Origin: Balanoglossus misakiensis
Taxonomy: Eukaryota > Animalia > Hemichordata
Direction: 5' to 3'
Assembly: GCA_040954595.2 (NCBI GenBank)
Contig: CM082577.2
Coordinates: 19,938,303-20,002,302, forward strand
DNA: 64,000 nucleotides
Shown: one piece after another, positions 58,520 to 64,000 of the stretch
Layout of the letters: every line of letters begins with the position of its first letter
Numbering within the stretch: the stretch's first letter is position 1
Program-made: the position numbers and the translations under genes
Notes under the pieces: model-generated
What the model was told of the DNA's origin: nothing
The model's database searches: none
The model's input: the letters and a program-made list of their open reading frames with translations, nothing else

Positions 58520-59332
58520 AAAAAAATAGCGTCAAGAACACTGTGGTCCCATTTGAGGACATAGCAACATAGCAATAAGCATATCTGCTCTGGATGCCAA
58601 GATATGGAAAAGTAGGTCAAAGGTCACCTGAGGTCATGCAAAATTTGGGCAAGAAATTTTGACCCTATACTGGTCCATGTTCAACAAAAACCAAACCTAT
58701 AGCCCTATTGGTTAGCCTGGAATTAGGTATGCACATAATTAATGAGATATGCAGGTGTCACAGGTAAGCCCAAAAATTTGCCTTTTATTTTGGCCCCATT
58801 GTGCTCACTGACCAATAGACAGTCACTGTACAGGACTATTGCACAGACCAGAATTCCACAATAAGACGTGGACATAGCTTAACCATAGAGGTATAAGTAA
58901 AGGTATAAATTTAATAAAAAGACTAAAAAATTCATAAAAAATAAAACATCCATGATATTAACTTAACACTTACAGGTCGATGTGAGGTTGACATAAGGTA
59001 CATGCATACCAATTTTTAAAGCAATCCGACCAGTAGTTGTTGACTTTCAGAGTTTTGATAAATTTCACATTTTACTGGCTAATTTGCATATTTTTGGGCC
59101 TGGCAACTTCGTTTGAACAAACTCCCATCTACAGCCCTGCCTGCATCTGCACACCAAATATCAAGGTGATACGCACAGCGGTTTTCAAGTTTTTGATGTG
59201 GACGGACATACAGACATACATACATACATCCATCCATCCATACATACATACATACATACATACATCCATACAGACGCAACCCATCCCATAAGGTCCCATG
59301 GTATATAGGCCTATACCAATGGGACCTAAAAA
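58520..59332 (+). mobile_element. Full-length HINE/DINE-like non-autonomous element
   Basis: 5' AAAATAGCGTCAAGAACACTGTGGTCCCATTTG; 3' (ACAT/CCAT)n plus the hairpin GGTCCCATGGTATA..TATACCAATGGGACC-TAAAA. Confidence 0.78.
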
Positions 59333-60682
59333 CGGTTGTATTTTCTTTATATCGGGCGAATTTATGCCACTGGAAACAATTTCCATATTTTAATGTGTTG
59401 AGCACATTTTTATAGCATGTGTGTACTGTAAACTCGTGATGAAATGGGGACTATGTTTTGCGGGGCGGATCAACATATGACTGGTCATGCAGTTATCAGT
59501 TGGTATTTTATAGATTTAGTTCTTTTATTGTAAATAAATGTTAATATCGCAAATTTCTAGTCGTGTGAGAAAAAGAATCTCACACACCAAGGACCTGGGA
59601 TCATATTTCTCACACTCGTCGGGGATATTTTGTATTTTCTTGATATCGGGCGAATTTATGCCACTGGAAACAATCTCCATATTTTAATGTGTTGAGCACA
59701 TTTTTATGGCATGCGTGTACTGTAAACTCAGTAGTGTTACAGATGTGATGTAGCAGTACTGCTACATGCATGTCAGAGCATGTGTGCTACATGCCTGCAG
59801 CAATTATGCTGCAGGCATGTAGCACACTAGAAACATTATAGCAGCAAGGCTGTTACATTACTGTGCCAGCATAGCTGCTACAGCCATGCTACATGTCAGT
59901 TGCAACTGCCATGCTACATTACTGCGGCTACTTTCTAGTTACATTGCTGTTCTGCATGGCTGTTACATACATGCTGCATGACAGCTACACACATGTTAAA
60001 CTTTGGTTGTGTATAGGATATGCCTGCCTAAAGATAACCGGTGCACTGAGAATGGGCAGCGTACTGTTTGACTGAGTGAAATGGGCAATGCGTACTGTTT
60101 CATGTTTCACAATGTTTCAATCGTAAATTGCAAGATCCGGTGAAATGCGATCGTGACTCGCGGTTTTCCAGGAGATTCCAGGAGTTTCCAGGAGGGGTTT
60201 TAAATTCCAGGAGATTTCAGGAGTTTCCAGGAGTGTACGAACTGTGATACATACAGGCACAACTGATGACGTCAAACAAAGGAAGATATCATGGGATTAT
60301 ATGAAATTGTTCACAAGAGAAAGCCAGTCTGTCGTGTTCTGTGCGATACGATAAGTCAACAACAAAATTTCTGCCATTTTCCAAGTGCAATTCTTGGGTT
60401 TTTGTTTCCTCCAGTGCGGTCGACGTAACATGCAATCTGATTGGCCGGGTCGGAATGCGCAATTTCAACGGGAGCTTATATGGGAGTTGGTCAGATGTAG
60501 TGTGAGGCGACGTAAGTAAAAGACAATGCCATTCCCTACATCTGATGAGACAGAGGATAAGAGCGTAAATGAGCCACCACAGAAATGTCAGAGAACTACT
60601 GCTACTGATGTGGCTGTCAAAGAACTCTTGTCAGGTGCTGACAAAGATGATGATAAGCAGACAGGAAGCAAAGATGAATCTG

Positions 60683-61103
60683 TTAAGGATGTAAGTTCAG
60701 TAAAATTGAAAGTATTGTCATTTTTTTTAATTGTGGATTTTTTTTATTCTCCTTTGTATGTATAATGAAAACCCGTAATAAAATATAGGGGTCACCGCGC
60801 TTGTTTATGAAATACAGAGCCATGAATTTGGTCGATAATAGAAGAATTCTGCTGACTCAGCATTTTTCACCAATGGTTTGTCTATGGGCAAAATATTTAA
60901 CGCAATTTATCTCAAAATAGAGCGCGGTGACCCCTATATTTTATTGATCAATTAATTTATATTTGCTGGACTGAGCTATGTGTAAAATTTCGTGAAAATG
61001 ACAACAGTAGAAGTTTATTTTTTGGCGATTATCAATGTAATCCTATGGGAAAAAGACCGAGCGCGCAGTGTTTCCGGTTTATGTTCTGCGCGTACATCCT
61101 TAA
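60683..61103 (+). mobile_element. Kolobok-like MITE of about 420 bp, copy 2
   Basis: TTAA-GGATGTA ... TACATCC-TTAA. Confidence 0.88.
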
Positions 61104-61635
61104 GTGACATTGCAACTGATTGGCCCATATATCGATACTCAGTTGGCTGCTATTGTCATTAATGAGACAGAAGTTGACAGATGAGAATCTTACAGAGAAA
61201 TTGTACCATTATATACTTCCAGGGAAATGTGATTCCAGCTCTCGTAGTAGAGGCAGAGGCTTCCAAAACAGAGGATATAGGCGTCCTCCTTTCAAGGAAG
61301 GATGGGAAGGGCAAACACTATGCCAATATAATGAGATGTGTTGTGACCACCAGTCCACTGTAAGAATTGCAGGTAGACTTAATCAGTTATTGGCAAATTA
61401 TTACACCTCACTCTGTATTCTGTACTCTTGATTGGCTGAGACAGTACCACGTGACATAGAAAAAACTCACGTCAAAGACACGGTGGTCCCATTTAGTGAT
61501 TACGCAAGAAAAAAGTCTACACCGGATTACATATACAGACAGACAGACACACACATAGAGAGATCAACAGGCAAACACTGACTGACCCATAAGCTGCCAA
61601 TGGCATGTGTACTGTACATACACCAAATAGAACTG

Positions 61636-62560
61636 TTGGCGGCAAGTTTGTGTCATCGGTTTTCAAAATCAGGCCGACCCCCCCCCCCTTTCACCCAGGA
61701 GCAAAAAATGATGACCCCCCCCCCCCTTTAACAGACAATAAAGGGAATGAGGCCCCTCACACGTCAATTATAAATTTCTTAAAGTAATGATGACCCCCCC
61801 CCCACGCTGAAAACATTCGTCGTCCTGATCCTATGTACACTGTATGCAATAAATTTCTTAAAGTATTATTGAAGTATATAATAGTATATCGTTGCAATAA
61901 AGAAATCTATGAACACATTAAAATGACAAGTCAATACAATAGTTGCTAGAATCGGTAAAACAAGAAATGTGGCGGGGGTGGGTGTCCCCCTCCCACATAA
62001 GAAAATTTTGTAAAATACGGTGCTCAAAGTTGCATTTTAATGAACTCGAAAGCAAATTAACTCAATGTTAGGGAGGACAAATTTTAATTTTGCCACTCCA
62101 CTCAAAGTTAGAAGATTTGGCATCATCTTCATCATGACATCTTTTATAAAACTTCTAGTATATCAGTTATGCGAAATGGATTAAACGATTATTCTCCTTT
62201 AGGTATTTACTTTGTTAAATATTATCATCTGTGGGTTCGGGGTGGCAAGCACTCTGCCCTGGTACACTAGACAAACCAGCAAAAAATGAAATGTGGCGGA
62301 GAATGAAGGGGGTGGGTGTTGGAGGGGATGCCCCCCTCCCACATTTGAAAATTTTGTAAAATAAAGGGTGCGAAACTGCAATTTTGTGGACTCAAAAGCA
62401 AAAGTTCGGTGGCCAAAGTATGTGACCCCCCCCCCAAACGTTTAAAAAAACCAGATGACCCCCCCCCCCCTTTTGGACTTCAAAATTTAAGTGACCCCCC
62501 CCCTGGATTTTGCCCCCCCCCCCCCCCCCCAACCGGCCATAAAAACTGAATGGTCCCTTA
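61636..62560 (+). mobile_element. Harbinger-like MITE related to 15354-16279 (left end lost)
   Basis: Shared body and right TIR ATAAAAACTGAATGGTCCC-TTA. Confidence 0.7.
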
Positions 62561-62844
62561 GGCTGCGGTGGTGTTAGGGGACACGTCAAATCAGGGGGCC
62601 GATGGTCCACAAAAGAATCAAGTTTTCACATTAATGTTATTAGCAGCATTTTTTGCTTTCTTTGTTTCTGATAGAAATGTACATGTGAGGCTGTTAACTG
62701 ACAACACAACTGTAGTGTCATACATTATTCCCATGGGAGGAACAAAGTCAAAGGAATGTAATGACACAACTTTTAAATTATGGACATGGTGTGTGGGAAA
62801 TAACATGTGGGTTTATAGTGCTGCATATTTACCAGGGTGTAAAA

Positions 62845-63240
62845 TAGCCCGGAGACCAGGGCGTAGGGGAAAAGAAACGCCCGGGGACAGTCTCTATTTA
62901 CGAACAGAATTCTGTTCGTAGAACGACACGGGTGGTAAATCTTGCGTGTAAGCTAATTGGTCACTCAATGTAAACCAAATGACATCATCGCATTCTAAAT
63001 AAGGAAATAGAGGTGGAGTCATGTGTGAAATTCCCGCGACGGGATGTGGGAGTGGTTTACCAAGCTTTGTTAATTATATCATCCAACCACTGGTGCCCGT
63101 CAACATTTGATAGATCACTCGTTATCCATTCGTTACTAAGCGACCCTGATCGTTGCCAGGGCTACTATCTTTCAGCTCAGCAGGACTTGCACGACTGTCC
63201 CCGGGCCTTGTATTCTATATACGCCCTGGTCTCCGGGCTA
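62845..63240. mobile_element. Academ(H)-like MITE with 9-bp TSD, copy 2
   Basis: TAGCCCGG...CCGGGCTA flanked by GGTGTAAAA. Confidence 0.88.
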
Positions 63241-63491
63241 GGTGTAAAATTACTGTAGCAGACTTTAGAATCCCGTCATTTCCAAGATCAAACTGAATGG
63301 ATACTCAAAATTGAGATTTTTTCATAAGGTGACAGAACACTGGAGTTCCCAACATATAGACCTGTTTGCATCAAGGCTTAATTTCAGATTGCCTACTTAC
63401 ATATCTTGGAAACCAGATGCAAATGCTAAGTTTGTGATGCTTTTTCTGTCAACTGGACTGACCTATATTTCTATGCATTTCCCCCTTTTAG

Positions 63492-63496
<5 letters not shown>

Positions 63497-63525
<29 letters not shown>

Positions 63526-63981
63526 TTTAATTCTTAAAAAACGCTTTCCATGTAAAAAGACATCCCAAAGCGCTGTACATCGCTGCTTAAAAATACAAAG
63601 ACAAGTAAAATGCTTAAAATGTATAATAAAAAAATATAGACAATGGTTAAAAATGGATAAAAAAGTCATTCCCTGAATAAAAACGTTTTAAGGTTGGATT
63701 TAAAAACATTAAAATTCTCACTGCTACGGAGTGGAACCGGTAGCTTATTCCACAACAGTGGTGCTCTTGTAGAGAATGACCTGTCACCATAAAAGACTGT
63801 GTTAACTTTGGGATGATCAAGAATAAAAGAACAATCAGTTGTAGAACGAAGGTTACGGACAGAAGAACGAACACTTATGAGCTCCTTCAGGTACGACGGA
63901 GCCATATTATTTAAAACTTTGTAGGTTAAACAAAGAATTTTAAAATCAATCCGTTTCTGTATAGGAAGCCAGTGCAATCTC
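63497..63981 (-). mobile_element. L2/CR1-clade LINE 3' end
   Basis: ORF2 C-terminus LHWLPIQKRIDFKILCLTYK...APSYL...RSFS..AP.LWNKLP...FKSNLKTFLF, followed by a 3' UTR with AGCGCTTTG and a (TAT)n tail. Confidence 0.9.
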
Positions 63982-64000
63982 TTAAACCCCGGTGCGGGGT

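Larger units (their letters stand above)
60526..63496 (+). pseudogene. Fragmented DIRS1-like tyrosine-recombinase retrotransposon relic (gag-like, RT N-terminus, RNase H, methyltransferase-like pieces)
   Basis: IDTQLAAIV..KLTDENLTEKL (gag-like), IAGRL, VRLLTDNTTVVSYI.PMGGTKS..CN...LWTWC...AAYLPG, ADLESR...EW, IDLFASRLN..LPTYISWKPD, YAFPPF. Frameshifted and interrupted by several insertions. Confidence 0.8.

Noticed and set aside
57817-64000. ABAT N-terminal exons (targeting peptide, PGP motif, short exon)
   Set aside because: No convincing candidates with splice sites were found. They are probably beyond the window or were missed by eye.

Overview
AT-rich, intron-containing eukaryotic (metazoan) genomic DNA. 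The repeat landscape suggests a marine invertebrate, possibly a deuterostome, but that is inference. No prokaryotic operons, CRISPR arrays, rRNA or tRNA genes were found. Three spliced genes can be reconstructed. (1) The 5' part of a USP31/USP43-like deubiquitinase on the minus strand (exons 13666-13632, 13539-12606, 3197-2865; it continues off the left edge). (2) A two-coding-exon type II membrane SGNH/PC-esterase (NXPE/TBL/CASD1-like) gene on the plus strand (28206-28352 + 29810-31186, about 507 aa). (3) Twelve exons of 4-aminobutyrate aminotransferase (ABAT) on the minus strand (57816 to 36440; the N-terminal exons were not found). The ABAT model has a 1-nt frameshift in a homopolymer, and two MITEs are inserted directly into the next splice acceptor. 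An orphan phase 1-1 calcium-binding EGF exon lies antisense inside an ABAT intron. The rest is dense, nested non-autonomous transposons: TTAA/Kolobok-like, TWA/Harbinger-like, TA/Tc1-pogo-like, 9-bp-TSD Academ-like, P-like, Helentron/HINE-like with satellites, a DIRS relic, an L2 3' end, and tandem arrays. The most intriguing recurring structure is a set of about 9 mostly unrelated elements sharing one architecture: a short asymmetric inverted-repeat pair plus a 100-200 bp terminal palindrome. Most of these palindromes carry a conserved CGAG/CGAG tandem G-A mismatch, which suggests strand-specific single-stranded DNA hairpin recognition.
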